A DNA stretch of 64,000 nt, taken from Amoebophrya sp. A120 (taxonomy: Eukaryota > Protista > Dinoflagellata). The position numbers were made by a program, and so were the translations under genes. Positions 1 to 13,157 of this stretch are shown here, one piece after another (the stretch's first letter is position 1; each line of letters begins with the position of its first letter). The notes beneath the pieces were generated by a model. That model ran no database searches, was not told the origin of the DNA, and worked only from the letters and a program-made list of their open reading frames with translations. Location of the stretch: positions 682,001-746,000 of the forward strand of contig CAJINV010000009.1 in assembly GCA_905178155.1 (NCBI GenBank), given 5' to 3'.

Positions 1-1
1 G

Positions 2-184
2 GCAATTCCGAGTGAGAATCTGTCCGCGGTGATGATTTTGCGCGACAACCGGAGGCTGAATTTGGTGTTTCAAAATGTGGAAGAACAGGAGGAATTTGTT
101 ACGTGCATGCTGATGTTGATTGCGAAAGTGAAGGCAACATTGACATCAACGAGCGGGCAAGGACGGGGATTCATCGCGGCATGA
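2..184 (+). CDS. 3' end of a gene entering from the left edge; PH-like/ISP-type C-terminus (tentative)
   Basis: Frame 2 reads AIPSENLSAVMILRDNRRLNLVFQNVEEQEEFVTCMLMLIAKVK...* with TGA at 182-184. The pattern L-x-F-x3-EE-x2-F followed by a helix resembles the end of PH-fold domains. Confidence 0.55.
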   Translation, partial: AIPSENLSAVMILRDNRRLNLVFQNVEEQEEFVTCMLMLIAKVKATLTSTSGQGRGFIAA

Positions 185-1125
185 ATTATCATACTTACTT
201 AAATAATGAAGTAGTTGACGCTCCAAAGAAACAACATGACGCAATACGAACTATGAAAACTCCGGCTGTACGGCGCAGGCGCAAGGAAAGCTAAGCGTAG
301 ACATGTTTCGAAGATGTGGGCGGGGGGGGATGAAGGATGTGGTCTACTGATTGGGGGGGCAGGACCACGTGACCCGCGGACTTTTTCTTAGCGGTTCCGG
401 GTCACCTTTGTAGTTGTAGTTCACGTCGTTGTCATCACTTGTGTTTGATGAAAGAGAGTGAGAACATGAACAAGCAGCGAGGACCTGCGCACTTACCAAG
501 GTGCGTCCAATGAGTAAGTAAGTAGCTGCAGAAGTTGTGCTTCTGCCCGTGTTTGACGTCGTCAGTGAGGCCTTACTCAGCGATGCCGCGGCCAGGCCAG
601 CACCAGGACTCATCCTATCATGTTTTCGTCGGTTATTAAAGTGAAGTTGTTTTCAGTCATATTTATCCCAGCTGCGGTTTTTTAGTGCACGCGCAGCGGT
701 AGTTTGGAAGTAGCCGGTTTAGTAACGCGATAAAGTCAACTTCTGAGCTTGTCGTCGTGATTATACATATGTCAGCCAGTGTCAGACTCAGGCGCGTCCT
801 CACAATTATTATTTTGTTGCGTCACGGTTAGCAATGGATTCTAGCACACTGAATTGATCGTGTGAAATAGATTTGCGGTTTGTGTTAGCGCGAGCGACAA
901 GCACACACGACGAGACTAAGAGGGACGCTGTTGAGATTGTGAGCTGCAAGTCGATCTTTCACGCGAAGACTCGCATCGTTTTAATGTTGAAGCCGTTGAT
1001 GTCTTCCGTATTCTGTCTGAGGAGTTTTTCTGCTTTATCAGCGAAAGAGATCGGCAGCAGGCTTCGTTTTGATTAAAGAAAAAGTCAAGTATCTGTATCA
1101 TTATCACTTGAAGCGGCAGGGAAAA

Positions 1126-1503
1126 ATGACCAGCAACATTGCAGGACAAGATTTCTCGACGCTCCCACCGGTTCAAGCTGCCCTCGGCTCCCTTCCGGAA
1201 AATGCTACGAAGACCGCACTTATGGCGTTGCTTGGACCCGTTACAGCACTGCAACCTGCGTCGACGGCGATTGGCCTCCTTAAGCAGGCTGCGCTTGAAA
1301 ACCCTGAACAAGGAACCAGTCCTGGCGCAACCCTGTACGGACTCTTGTCTATCATAAAGACAAGCTTAGCTGGATTTGCAGTGGAAGCAGTCTTGAAGCA
1401 GAAAATTGTAAACCATGTCGGCGATGTCGTGTTCGCGGAAATTGCGCAAACAAGCGAAGCGCCGGCGGCGGTCGAAGAAGCCAAGACACAAACTATTCTC
1501 TGA
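1126..1503 (+). CDS. small hypothetical protein (~125 aa)
   Basis: ATG at 1126 after an A-run (gaaaaATG), within ORF 1069..1503. Protein-like helical composition; no recognisable motif. Confidence 0.55.
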   Translation: MTSNIAGQDFSTLPPVQAALGSLPENATKTALMALLGPVTALQPASTAIGLLKQAALENPEQGTSPGATLYGLLSIIKTSLAGFAVEAVLKQKIVNHVGDVVFAEIAQTSEAPAAVEEAKTQTIL

Positions 1504-1690
1504 AAATTAAGCATCCCCATCAATTTGTACTTGTGCTGCAAAATAAGAAACTCATATGCGCGGTAACAGAATAGAAGGAAAAATTACCGGGTAACTTTTA
1601 CTAGTTATTTTGTATAGCCGCTCGAAAGCAAATTCTAATTGATTCTGTGTCTTTGTCTCTGTCTGTCATGTAAAAAATAAAGAGGCATGG

Positions 1691-2866
1691 ATGGGGGTGG
1701 TAACTTTTCAAGGAATAAAAGTCAAACAGTTTCTAAGCGGAGACGACAGTGTAGGAGAGGCGCTAAAAAACAATTTGGCGCAAACAATAATGCCAAACTG
1801 GCCGCCGGGTACTGCACCTGGAGCGGGTGGTGGCGAAACCACCGGGAGCAGCTCCGTGCAACTGGCGCAAACGAGTGCTATTCATTCGAGCTCCACCTCC
1901 GCTGCGGAACTACCAACAACTTCCTCGGAGCAGCAGCAATCCTTTGCTGAAGCTGAAGGCGCTCGCTCTCCCAGTACTGCTGCTGCCAACGTCGCTGCCG
2001 AAATCGAGTCGTCCAGTACGATCGAGCTGAATAGCGCCCACGAACAAGCCCCCGATTATCATCATACGCAGGAATCGAAGCCGCAAGGTGGTCAGTACCT
2101 ACGAAAGGCGGACCCGTATGTGACGAATTCCAAGTCCAAGTTGACGAAGTTCCACAGTGACCATGAGATAGCTTCTCTGTCCGGCAGAACTCCCGTGTCC
2201 GCCAGCTCTGGTGCGAAAGTAACTGTCCCAGAACTATCGTTAGCCGGAAAAACCCCAGGAGCTGCATCGTTTCACGAATCTACTGCTTCATCGGGACTGA
2301 ACACCAACCAAAACTTCTTCAACTTCTCCACCCAGGACTTCTACCAGCCCTTCTTGGACCTCACCGAGTACTTGTCTAAGCAAATCCAACAGATCTCCGC
2401 GACCGTCGTTTTCCTGCTGCAGTATCACGAGAACTGGAAACTGCACTGCATGGCCTTGCTCCTCGTCATGTTGGCGGTGTTTTCCATTCTCGGACTTTAC
2501 TGCTACAAGTGGTCGACTGTGGCGTCGTCGCGTACTGGTAACCGCGGAAAGAACGCGAAAGGTGCAGCGGAGGACCACGACATTGAGAGCAACATGTTCG
2601 GCGGTTTTTCGGCGAAGCAGGGGACGAAATCGAAGGCTCCGCTCACGACCCCGATCGACCTGGACCACGATTGCACCGGATTGTTCCCCGAGAATGCGGC
2701 AACTGCGGAGGGCACGTCGTTCCAATCCCTCCGTTCCGCGGCGAGCTCTCTGTACAAGTACGGCACCTTTGCGGGGACGAAATTGCAGGAGCAGCTGTCC
2801 GGACGGAGCAGTACTGCTGGAACGGGATCGGCTGACTACGATTCCGAGGACGAAGAGGATTTCTGA
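1691..2866 (+). CDS. hypothetical Ser-rich membrane protein (391 aa)
   Basis: Long ORF with one hydrophobic segment (LHCMALLLVMLAVFSILGLYCY) and an acidic C-terminus, followed by an A-rich 3' region. Confidence 0.7.
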   Translation: MGVVTFQGIKVKQFLSGDDSVGEALKNNLAQTIMPNWPPGTAPGAGGGETTGSSSVQLAQTSAIHSSSTSAAELPTTSSEQQQSFAEAEGARSPSTAAANVAAEIESSSTIELNSAHEQAPDYHHTQESKPQGGQYLRKADPYVTNSKSKLTKFHSDHEIASLSGRTPVSASSGAKVTVPELSLAGKTPGAASFHESTASSGLNTNQNFFNFSTQDFYQPFLDLTEYLSKQIQQISATVVFLLQYHENWKLHCMALLLVMLAVFSILGLYCYKWSTVASSRTGNRGKNAKGAAEDHDIESNMFGGFSAKQGTKSKAPLTTPIDLDHDCTGLFPENAATAEGTSFQSLRSAASSLYKYGTFAGTKLQEQLSGRSSTAGTGSADYDSEDEEDF

Positions 2867-5645
2867 AGAATTAAATTGGTCGAAGAAAAAGACGTGAAGA
2901 AAAAAAGTAAAGCAAAAGAAAGCGAAGATAAAATTAAAGAAAAGCTGCACGAAAAGCTAGGAAAACGAAAAAAAGTAAAATTCAACTACTGAAGAAAGTA
3001 GAAAGCACTGCGAAAAAGCAAGTGCACTAGAAGAGAAAAATCAAACGTCAACAACCAGAAAAAAGAGTAGTAGAAAGAACGCGGATCTGCATCGACCAAA
3101 GCAGCCGTAAGAAGAAACCCCGAAGAGTACGCATTTGAAGAATTACAACAGCATTGAATGTATGAAGAAAACTACTACCCGAAAGCGAAATAGCCCGAAG
3201 CAAAACCTTCCACGACGACAGGAACAAAGTACATCAAGTTTCCCAGAGGCAGAACGCATACCCACCGGCTCCATCACATCGTCAATAGCTGCACTTTCAC
3301 TGACCCTGGTTCTCAAGATTCCCTTGGAAGCAAATATCTACCGCCGCGCTACACTCTGCAAAGCAAGTCCAAGTTGCCGAGACGACAGATAATTTTCCAG
3401 CAAGAAGAGACGATGAACAATTACAAAGAGCTGCAACTTTTACCCCTCGAGCTTTGATTTGTACCAACAGATGAGAACAAGAATAACTACTTCACGACTC
3501 AAACGTATGAAAATTGGTGACCCAGGATTACCTGCAAGAGCTCTCTGCAGGTACAGAGTTGAAGAATTTGGTTTAAGCAGCATGCGATCTAATTTGTGAC
3601 AGAAGCATCCAGGTGCTCACTTCTTGCTTTCGTGGAAACTACGAGCACGATGAAGCGGGATTTTCGAAAACCAAAAAAAAACAATTAACCAGGTAATTCT
3701 CACGGGCGGTATATTCGCAGAGTCGCCTCCTGTGATGAAGATCGCTTTCTCAGTACTACTACGAGGACAGTATCGTCGCCCCGGGGCGATTTGAAGGAGC
3801 AAGGTCTTGGACGAGTTTCGTACGGACAGAAGGCTAGGAGGTATACAAAATTCAAATTGATCCTTTGATGACAGATGAGTTCCTGCTACGCCACAACTGC
3901 CTTCCTTTATGTGTACAAAATGATACAAACGCTCACATTGAAAAGGATTCAGATTTTTTCACAATGTCTTTTACATGACCAGGTCTATCGATGCGACACC
4001 GAAGGACTACGAGAATCACAGCACTTCCGGTAGCTCTTCTGCTGATCGTTCTGCACCATTGCGAATTTTGTTTCAAGCGTGCCGATGTCGGGGCGTTGTC
4101 CCATCGCAATGTACAGGACCTTTCTCTATTGCAGGACGCCAGGTTGCTTTATACAGGTGACACGAAGCAGAAGCAGCACTGAGCGGTACTTTACCTTCTT
4201 TTCCTGATGAGAGAACATTTTTTTTTTTTAAACTTTTTGAGAAGTAGGAGACCACGCTTCAATAATCTTCTATAGGATTTCAAATAGTAGTAGACAGATG
4301 GCGACCGCCACCGCGACGGTGTCCGCGTCTGTATCTGCCTCCCAATTTTCTCACTGCAGATATGGAGCATTGCACCAGTACGAGTAGTTCACCGTAGCCC
4401 GAGGATATTAACGGTGAAGAAGCCTAACCGATCCGCTGGATGAACGAACAAGACACTACGACGTACGAACGTGCTGTTGTTGGTTTCTCTCTCAATTTCT
4501 GCGTAGAAAAATCTGGATGAGTCAATAATGCATTGAAGCGAAGGAAGCAAGAGCAACAGGATTCAGGTGGGACGAATCAGTACTATTTTTATAACTTTTC
4601 AGGTTAGAACCGGCGCCACTCTGGTAGCTCGCGCGGTTCGTCATTCTTGGCTCCCTTTCTTCTTGCTAGGAGGTTGCGGCTTCATCAGTTAATCTCCTGT
4701 GATACCAACGAGGACACGTTTCGCAGTTTGCTAGCTGTCGACTTCGTGGAGCGGAAAACGAAAAAGAGGAATACGACAATCAACGCAATAGCTGCAGATT
4801 TGTTTCATCTCGAGCAATCTAATTTCGAAAACAGCGAAGAATTACTGCAAACAAAACTCGATTTCCACCAACCCTCCAACCTCCAGCATTCTGTTCTTTC
4901 AAAGAGCAATTTGAAAACTTAACTTTTAATTGTTGAACCCCCAATTTACAACTGCAAAATGTGAATTTCGAGAGAATAGAGAAAAACTCATGTAACAACT
5001 AACAAAGTTTCACTTCTGTTTCGAAGAAAGTTTCCAACTAAAGAAAATCAAATATAAAGAAATTTCCATTTGATCTAAGATGCAGCGAAAGAAGAAGCGA
5101 CGCACCTGCTTGAGCCAATAAAATTTTGCGAGGGCAGGTCGAGGTGTGCCTACGACAACGCAGAGATAAATCTTGTTTGTCGCTGCGCTCTTGCAGCCTT
5201 TCTAGAAATTCTCGTGTGACCGCCTATCGGTGAAGCTCGCACTGACAGACGTTCTAAAAGAAAAATACTGCTTGGCGGCTGGTCTCAACAGTCACTGTTG
5301 GTTCACAAGTCTGAAAAATATGATTCAGCGAATGTGAAAATAAATGGCGATCCAAATACAATTTCACGACACCCGCTGCAGGTGGAAAAAAAAATCGATC
5401 GCGAATAATGCCTCGATCTATCATCAACACAGAGCTCAATCCTATGGTCAGCAGCCATTTTCGCTTGTTTGCTTTCGAGAATTGTTGGGACTTTTTGCCT
5501 GTGAATCGCAGGGAGTGTGACTTGATCGCTTAGGCTTACAGTGCCAGGAGTAGTAGATTTGTGTAGAAGCAGCAAACCAGCATAACCAAGTTTTCGCAAG
5601 AGCCGGGACGTATTTATTCGACATCTTCGAACAACATCATCAAAA

Positions 5646-7214
5646 ATGGGTAAAGCAGTCGGTCGTCGACAGAAGCAGAAGGGTGGACAGGGGTCGAAAT
5701 CCTCCAAAGGTTCGAAGCCCGGCGTGCGAAAACAGTCCGACGCCCCGGCAAGGGAGTTGAAGGGCCCAGTGTGGCGACACAAAGACAGCGACGCAAGCCA
5801 GGCGGCGCTGAAGCGAAATCTGCAGCTGAAGCGGTTGCTGCGGATCAAAAAGCCTACGGTCGCGGAGAAATGCGAGTTAGCCAACCTGTACGCTAATCAC
5901 AACGCTGTCAAGAAAGCTTGTGACTTGTACAAGGAGATTCTGGGCGACAAGCAGGTGGAGAAAAAATCAATTATCCCGGACGTGCAACTCACTACCGCGC
6001 GGGCACGATATGCCTGTCTCTTGCTGGATACGGAGCAGGCTGATGTTGCGCGGGAAGTGCTGAACGCCAATGGCGAAGTAATGGATGCAAAAGATGCGGC
6101 CGCGACGGAAGTTAAACAGGATGAGGGTTCCGATCGCAATGCTGCGGATGGTGAAAAACATGGAGAAAAAACCAACGCAGTCACTGTAAACGACGAAGAC
6201 ATCTCAGATTTTCCGCTCTGGGTCCAGGTCCGGCTAAAAATTTTGGAAAGGTTTGAAGAAGACAAAGAAGAACCTGAAGACGACGACGGTGCGGACTCGA
6301 CAGGCGAAAGTGCTGCTGTTCCAGCGGACAGGGACCAAGATCAGCAATCTGCTTCTCTATCTACGGCCGAAAGATTCCAGCTTCTGGTCGCCCACACCGC
6401 GCAGGCCTGGACTTTAGTCGCAATCGAGTACATCTCGCACGTCATCTTGGAGGAGACTGAGAGCTCAGCGCCTCTGACCGAGGCCATTGTGCAAGCAGCC
6501 CGCGTCAATCCGTTCGTGGCAGAGGTGCTGGCAGACAAGAGCGGAACCTTCCTGGAGGAGCTCTTTTCCTCAGATTCGTTCATCGAGAAAGTTGCGGGGA
6601 CTTGTTGTGCAGCAAAAAGTGGAAAATCTAGTGGCTCCTGCGGGAGCAAATCCTCGTCTTCCAGTGCCACTGTTGACACAGAGAAGAGTGCGGCTCTACC
6701 TTTTTCGATTGCGCATTTCGAAGCTGTCCTTGTGTATTTTCTGAATTGGGCACAGCTTGACGTTTGGAGCGACATCGACGGGTTTCCGGCGTTTATCCGG
6801 GGAGCCTTGCCCAGTTTGATAGAGATGGAGAAGGATCATGATGGAAGAAAAAACACCAAACCAGCAAAGGAACTACACGACGAGAAAAACGTAAAGAAAA
6901 TAAATGCACCAGAAGAAGACGACGAAAACAGCGACGATTCGGAATCTGCAATGAACGACTCCATCGAGTTTGCGAATTTCGAGACGACAAGCGGCCAGTA
7001 CCTAAACAAGGCACGGCAAAACCTGCTGAGCACCTGGCGCTCGTGCCGGCGAAAGAGTCAGGAGGCCGCTTTGGCTGATGCCGGTCGTGCGGAGTCCGGG
7101 GACGGGCTCGAGGAGGAGGATGAAGAAGAGTTGTCAGCTGCAGAGTTGGAAGACTATGAGCTCAGTGATATGAATATGATGCTCGAGGAAGAAGACTCTG
7201 ATGAAGATTTGTAA
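5646..7214 (+). CDS. hypothetical protein (522 aa) with basic N-terminus, possible TPR-like helices and acidic tail
   Basis: Long ORF. ELANLYAN...KACDLYKEIL and ARYACLLLD...AREVL resemble TPR helices. Confidence 0.75.
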   Translation: MGKAVGRRQKQKGGQGSKSSKGSKPGVRKQSDAPARELKGPVWRHKDSDASQAALKRNLQLKRLLRIKKPTVAEKCELANLYANHNAVKKACDLYKEILGDKQVEKKSIIPDVQLTTARARYACLLLDTEQADVAREVLNANGEVMDAKDAAATEVKQDEGSDRNAADGEKHGEKTNAVTVNDEDISDFPLWVQVRLKILERFEEDKEEPEDDDGADSTGESAAVPADRDQDQQSASLSTAERFQLLVAHTAQAWTLVAIEYISHVILEETESSAPLTEAIVQAARVNPFVAEVLADKSGTFLEELFSSDSFIEKVAGTCCAAKSGKSSGSCGSKSSSSSATVDTEKSAALPFSIAHFEAVLVYFLNWAQLDVWSDIDGFPAFIRGALPSLIEMEKDHDGRKNTKPAKELHDEKNVKKINAPEEDDENSDDSESAMNDSIEFANFETTSGQYLNKARQNLLSTWRSCRRKSQEAALADAGRAESGDGLEEEDEEELSAAELEDYELSDMNMMLEEEDSDEDL

Positions 7215-7966
7215 ATGCCGCGAGGAACAGCAGCTCGTCGAGCAAAAGTGAAAATCAACGAAACTATTGTGGAATTACTAGCACTTGCTCGTGGTCTTCG
7301 CCGATAACAAGTTTCGCGTGTGATTTTTTATGCTGCGGATTCATTGACGCAGATTCAGGTAGAACGAAGAGGAGCCGTTATTTGTTCTTGAGAGTATACG
7401 CGTACACCAAACTACAAAGTGGCTTGCGTGAGTGAGACCTTGGTGAGCCTGAGCGTCGATAGGAATCTGTACGAGGCGGGAACAATCAAATCTGCAAAGT
7501 GATACAAATCGCTGTCGTAATCTTAATTCGTCATCGCTTTCGTATTGGTCGTCTGGGCATCGATTGTGTCGACGCGACTTGTTCGTCGTGAAAAAGAGAC
7601 AAAGAAATCGAACAAACAAAAGAGTATGTCGTTAAAATTAGAAGCAAACTTGAACAGACCAAAGATTCGCCTTCTGTGCGCTGTTGACGACCATGACAAA
7701 TTTGGAATAGTGCATTACTCCCTGCCATCATAGGAGCGTTACGCCGACGAGAAAGTGAACACGGAAGTACTCTCCAATCTGTGAAGCAGAATTCCAGTAC
7801 GAAGACAACATACAGTGCCGCCCAACAAGTCGACCCCCTTTCTCGCAATAAAAAGCGCTGCACTTCTTGCTGGCAGAAGGAGTGTTGTTCTGTCATCTTC
7901 AATTACCCAAAGGAGAAAGAGAAAAGCGAGCAGCACCTGACGACCATACCTCCGCCAGGAGCGAAG

Positions 7967-10446
7967 ATGCCGGACAAGATCTCCCGCGACGAACAGCCGG
8001 CAATCCCGGCCGCCGCGGCGTCGAATCGCTTGAAGTACCACAACTTTTCCGCGGGCCCGAGTCGTTTGTTTGATGAGGTGATGGAAAAGGCGCACGAGAG
8101 CTTCTACCACTTCGACAAGACGCTGGACCGCTTCGGCCCGAACTTCATGGAGTTTTCGCACCGCGAGCCCTTCGGCGAGGTGCAGCAGGTCATGCTGGAG
8201 TACCAGAAACTGGTCAAGGAACTATTGAACGTCCCCGACAACTACCACATTCTGATGATGCCGGGCGGCGCGCACCAGCAGTTTTCCGCGGTGATGGTCA
8301 ACTTGTGCAAGAACAAGCCGAACGAGTCCCCGCCGCACTACGTCGACTCCGGGAACTGGTCGCGGAAGGCCGCCGCGATCGCGGAAGCCTACTGCAAAAC
8401 CGCTTACCCGGAGTGGTACGGACGGAGCGGAACTTCCAGTAAAATCTCTTGTTCCACCACGTCGAAGAAGAATGGTTCCAAAAGCAGTTGCAGTAGCAGC
8501 AGCAATCTCAATCTGCCGCGCTCCTCCTCCGCGACGTCTTTCTGCTCCACAACCACCGGCGGTTTCACCATGAGCCCATCCGACGAAGACTTCGCGACTT
8601 CGTCTTCCAAAGGGGACATGATGAAAGCCGAATCCTCCGGGATGAACATGAACAATCTCGCGACCAACAACAGTTCCTTCGAGGCCTCTCCGCCCTCCTC
8701 CACCCTGTTTCGCTCTTCTTCCATCGCCACCAGCACGGGGTCCCACAACGAGCCCTCGCCGATGCTGCCGAGTCGGGTTTTTTCGGAAACCAGTTCGGAC
8801 GCGGAGGAAGAGTTCTCGCCTGTTGTCCAGATGGTCGTCTTGGAGGAGGACAAGAACGTGGAGTCTTCAAAAATGCAGCCGAAAAATAACTTGATGAAGG
8901 CCAGTAGCAAAAGTAGTGTGATCTCCGACTTTTCCGAGCAGGTCCACGGCCCGCTGTTCTGCAACAAGGACCGCGGCTGCGTCAACAAAGTCACGGATTG
9001 GCAGGTCCGGGAGGACGCCGCGTACGTGTTTTGCTGTCTGAACGAGACCATCGAGGGGCTGGAGGTGTTCGAGGAACCGGATCTCGCGTTGATCGACCGC
9101 GCGCACATCCCGCTCGTCGCGGACGCGACCTCCACCCTCTTTTCGCGCCCCATCGACGTGTCCAAGTACGGCGTGCTCTTCGCCTCCGCGGGCAAGAACC
9201 TGGGCCCCACGGGGGTGTGCTTGGTGCTGGTACGTGATGATTTGCTGTCGGACAACTGCAAGATCGTCAACGGGGTTTTGGACTTCGGCGACGCGGTGAA
9301 GGAACAAGCCGGTTGTAGTTCTGGTGCGCAGAACGTTTCGGTTTCGGAGGAAAAAATCCTGGAGTTCACCTCGCTACCGATGATGGACTGGGGCAAGTAC
9401 GCGTTTTCGAAGCCTGTTCCGAACTATCAAGAGGAAAAATCCCCCCTCCCCATATCGAAACGAAGTTTCTGATGCTGGATTTCCGTACACAAATCAGATT
9501 TGTCTTGCAGTAGGGGGCTGCAGGCATATGTCAAGCCTCGGTCGAGAGGTTTTGACGTAGGCGCCTAGCATGACAAACGTGTATGCTCTAAGCCCAACAG
9601 CATCACAAACCGCCTGCAAAATGCAGGGGGCTCTCTGGACTTGCCTTCTTGCAAGACAGACAAGATTTGAGGTCACAAATGTGCGTCACAAATTTTCAGA
9701 CGGATGCGTTTTCAATATGGGGAGGGGGGATTTTTCTTTACGATACGAACATCTACAACACACCAGCGACGTACCCGCTGTACCTGGGCTACCTGACGTT
9801 GAAGACCACGCTGGAGAAGGGCGGTATGGTCGCGATGGAGGAGAAGGCGAAGCAAATTTCCGACAAGATTTACAACTTTCTGGACGACGAGTTCGAGTCG
9901 CACGGGTTCTACAAAGTCGTAGTCGACAAGAAGTTCGCCCACGATCGCAGCCGCATGAACATCTGCTTCAAAATCAATGAGTAAGCGAGGGAAAGGAAAG
10001 TTTGCTTGAAGAAAGACAATGAATTTGGCATTCAGATCCTTGGTGGTGCTGCATTGTTTCCGAGCAGTCTCGCACTGGCGCTCTTGGTCTTGCGTTGATA
10101 AACATTTTTGCACTTCATCAAGATGAGCAAAATCGCACCTCCACATCAAGTGTTGTATGTGCATCGTTCACATTGTTCGAAGTAACCAGGCAGCATCTAC
10201 TCAAATTCTAAGAGAAACTTTGGCTTTTTTTTTCCTCAGCACAACAGCACTGCTTTCCCGGCTGCGCGCGAGTTGGAAAAGGAGTTTCTCGAGTTCGCCG
10301 CGAACAAGTACAACGTGCATCAGCTCGCGGGACACCCGGCGGCTGGCGGCTTGCGCTTCACCACCTACAACGCGATCCCGGAGGCGAGTGTCGACGTCGC
10401 TTTGGGTGCACTGACCGAGTTTCGCAAGCTCCATGCCGCAGCTTAA
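7967..10446 (+). CDS. PSAT1: phosphoserine aminotransferase; exons 7967-9424, 9751-9980, 10248-10446 (~628 aa)
   Basis: Motifs NFSAGPS, FMEFSHR, GGAHQQF, NETIEG, DATS, SAGKNLGPTG (PLP lysine), YNTP, RSRMNI and GHPAAGGLRFTTYNA. Frame is restored by removing the introner 9425-9745 plus one TSD and the GT-AG intron 9981-10247. Confidence 0.93.
9425..9745. mobile_element. introner/MITE, family A (321 bp), TSD CGAAC
   Basis: TIR TATCAAGAGGAAAAATCCCCCCTCCCCATAT pairs with ATATGGGGAGGGGGGATTTTTCTTTACGATA. CGAAC at 9420-9424 and 9746-9750. Excision gives SKPVPN|IYNTP. Confidence 0.93.
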
Positions 10447-13157
10447 GGAGTAAAGGCGATTGATCGGGAAGATGCGGATATCACACGCCTTTCAAGGTGA
10501 GTTCGACTCGTATACGTCTCCTGTATTAATTATTTGTAAGATTGATGGTCTTGGTCGTTGCACTTGCAGATGTTGAAACAACGAATACAACGACAACGAC
10601 GAGTAAATAAAAGGCAAACTTTTTACACTGCTGTATGTACCGAATGCTAGTTGTCGTAGACCAGCGATTGCAATTGCACTCGCAAGTCGACGTGATCGTT
10701 TGGTTGTATTGTTTGATGTCAAGAACATGTTGATAACAGTTCGAATTACGCAGCCGTGTGAGCTTTTATTTTTATGTGTTTCCAGATCCAGCAGATTTTT
10801 ACTTTATTCTCAGTCTCATTCAGCAAACGAAGACTCGCGCTCAAGATGAAAAACGTGATGAATTAAATTCCTGACGCATACGCATTTTGATGAACCCAAC
10901 CCGCACCATCCGTTGTATTTGCAATTCGAGAGCTCGAGGACCAAGCTCATAATTCTAATTCTCAGTTTAGTTTCTTCATGAAGATGTGATTGTGATGTAG
11001 TACTATTTCACTATTCAGAGACGTCGGAGTCTCAATCGTCGTACAGCAATGTGATGTGTCCTCGTCGATGGAGGAGGACGGCACGATACACAGCATTGCA
11101 ATTTTGTAATTTTGACCCTAGATGAAGGGGCTTCAATTCATATCGCAGGTCAAGCGACACGAAAACGTGAAATAGTGCCAAGGTGGTGGTGATTTTGTAT
11201 TTCCGAAAATCGCTACTACTGTTTCAGTTTCTCAAACCGCTCCTCAATGAACTACTTCACTGATAAATTTACACTACTGGCAGTAAGTGACACAAGCGTA
11301 TTGCGACGCTATCCTAGGCGTGCACTAGTGGCAGTCGACGCAATATATTGTACTTATCATTTACGTTTACCCCCACGACCAAATAACTACATCTACATTA
11401 CCTTTCAGTCCGTACTTCTACCGATGCTACGCACTCTACCCGCTTGTCGCGTTGCGTTCTTGCAAATCGTCAGTTCGCATAGTTGTAGAACTTTCAGCTA
11501 TGCGTATAAAACCAACGGGCGCAGGAGCAAGCAAGCGACAGAGTGCCTTGTGAGAGCTACTTTTTGCAGTCACTTATCAGACCACTATTGAAAACGTGTT
11601 GGACGTCGACCGTGTATCCTAATCCTCCCTAGCTTGCTCAGTAAAATATTTTTCATTTGTCCCAACTTGAAAACGATTGCGAAGCTGCAGGTTGAAGTGA
11701 TAAGTTTACATCTATAATCAACATCTACTCCGAGTCCAAGAACGCAGAAGTACATGTAATATTCAAAGCAGCAGCTGCTAAATAAATTGATAGATTTGAC
11801 AAGGGACGACGAGCTCGTGCGCCATTGTCATCGGCGATGAGCACAATAGTGCCTTGTGCCTTGTCTGTATGTGGAGCTAGTCCTTGGGGTCGTATCACCG
11901 GCATTCTGGATGACTGGAGGACGACACTGCTCACATTTTGATTGCGAAAACGACGGACGAAGCACGCAGATAATGACTGAGCAAACAATATTGCCTCTAT
12001 GAATTTTTGTGAGAATGTATGACTCTAGCAGTACCAGAGGTGTTGAAGAGCGAGAGCTACTCGGATATCAACCTGTAGTTGATATGCTGACCGCTTCAGA
12101 CCCTCGTGTTGCTAGAGAAAATCAATTTTCCTGAAACCTAGTCCAGAGCTTTCTTTTCTACATTAGATGAAGCAACATCAGTGACTCATTATTGATACCG
12201 GTGAGCACCAAGAGATATCAATCTGCTTTACCTTTCCACCCTCGCAGACATTTTCCTGGAGCTGTCTTTTCGCTGAAAAATAAAAGGAAGCAAAGCTTCG
12301 AAAAAAAATCATACACGGAAGGGCTACCTTTACCGTTGGGCTTCGACGTGTCGTAGAGACTGGCTTGGGGACCCCACGGACGAATTTCAGTTTCCGCTAC
12401 AAATTGAGTTTCTGTTCAAAGGCATGCTGAAAGGTTTGCGAAATGAGAACAAGCTGTCCCTGTCGTGATCCTCATGCTTGCTAAAAATAAAAAAAGAGTG
12501 TGGGCGAAGAAAACGATGAAGATCATGCAGGAAAGTTTTGACTCGACGGAAATTTTTGCGATCACGACTATCTTGCTCCTTGTCAGCTTTCCAGATCCAG
12601 AGGACGCCAACGCAGCAACGCGATGATCATGAACAGTAAGTATCATAAACACCATCTGTATGTCCATCATGGTTGACATGCAAGTGCTATCTCCATCATG
12701 GACATGCAAAAAATGCATCCGTTTTCGCTTTGATGTGGCTCTTCATGAAGCTCCGATTGAGGCGATGCAACATTGCTATTTCAACATTTTACGAAAATTG
12801 CAGCCGCCGACAAGGATACAAGAGCCGCTCGCTCAAGAAGAACGCGCATTCTTTTTTTATGTCGTTCAAAAAGGATTGAGGCGTTGACAGTAGTCGTAGA
12901 GCTTAAAATTAGTTTTTACTTTTTGGACTTCGTGTTTGTCCACGAGGGCGTTCTTGAGTAGTTTTTACTTTTTGTAATTTCAGACTATGATTGAAGAATC
13001 AGAATGAGACCTGAACATTAAATTCGTATATTCCTCCTAGGCGGCTAGGGCGAACGCGAAGCAGCTAAGTAGCTATTTTATTTCGCAGGGCCCGGATAAA
13101 AGCAATTTGAATTACAATTTGGTATCACGCGTGCAACATTACCATAAGCACATCAAG

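Noticed and set aside
359-405. Inverted repeat GTGACCCG...CGGGTCAC
   Set aside because: Only an 8-bp stem with no TSD or second copy; cannot support an RNA gene or element.
2870-3250. Very A/purine-rich tract after the 1691 gene
   Set aside because: No periodic unit or sustained ORF; consistent with a 3' UTR or intergenic low complexity.
4391-5465. Partial matches to the dinoflagellate spliced leader (ACCGTAGCC at 4391; AGCCATTTTCGCT at 5453)
   Set aside because: Only 9 nt and 12/13 nt matches, lacking the rest of the 22-nt leader; expected by chance.
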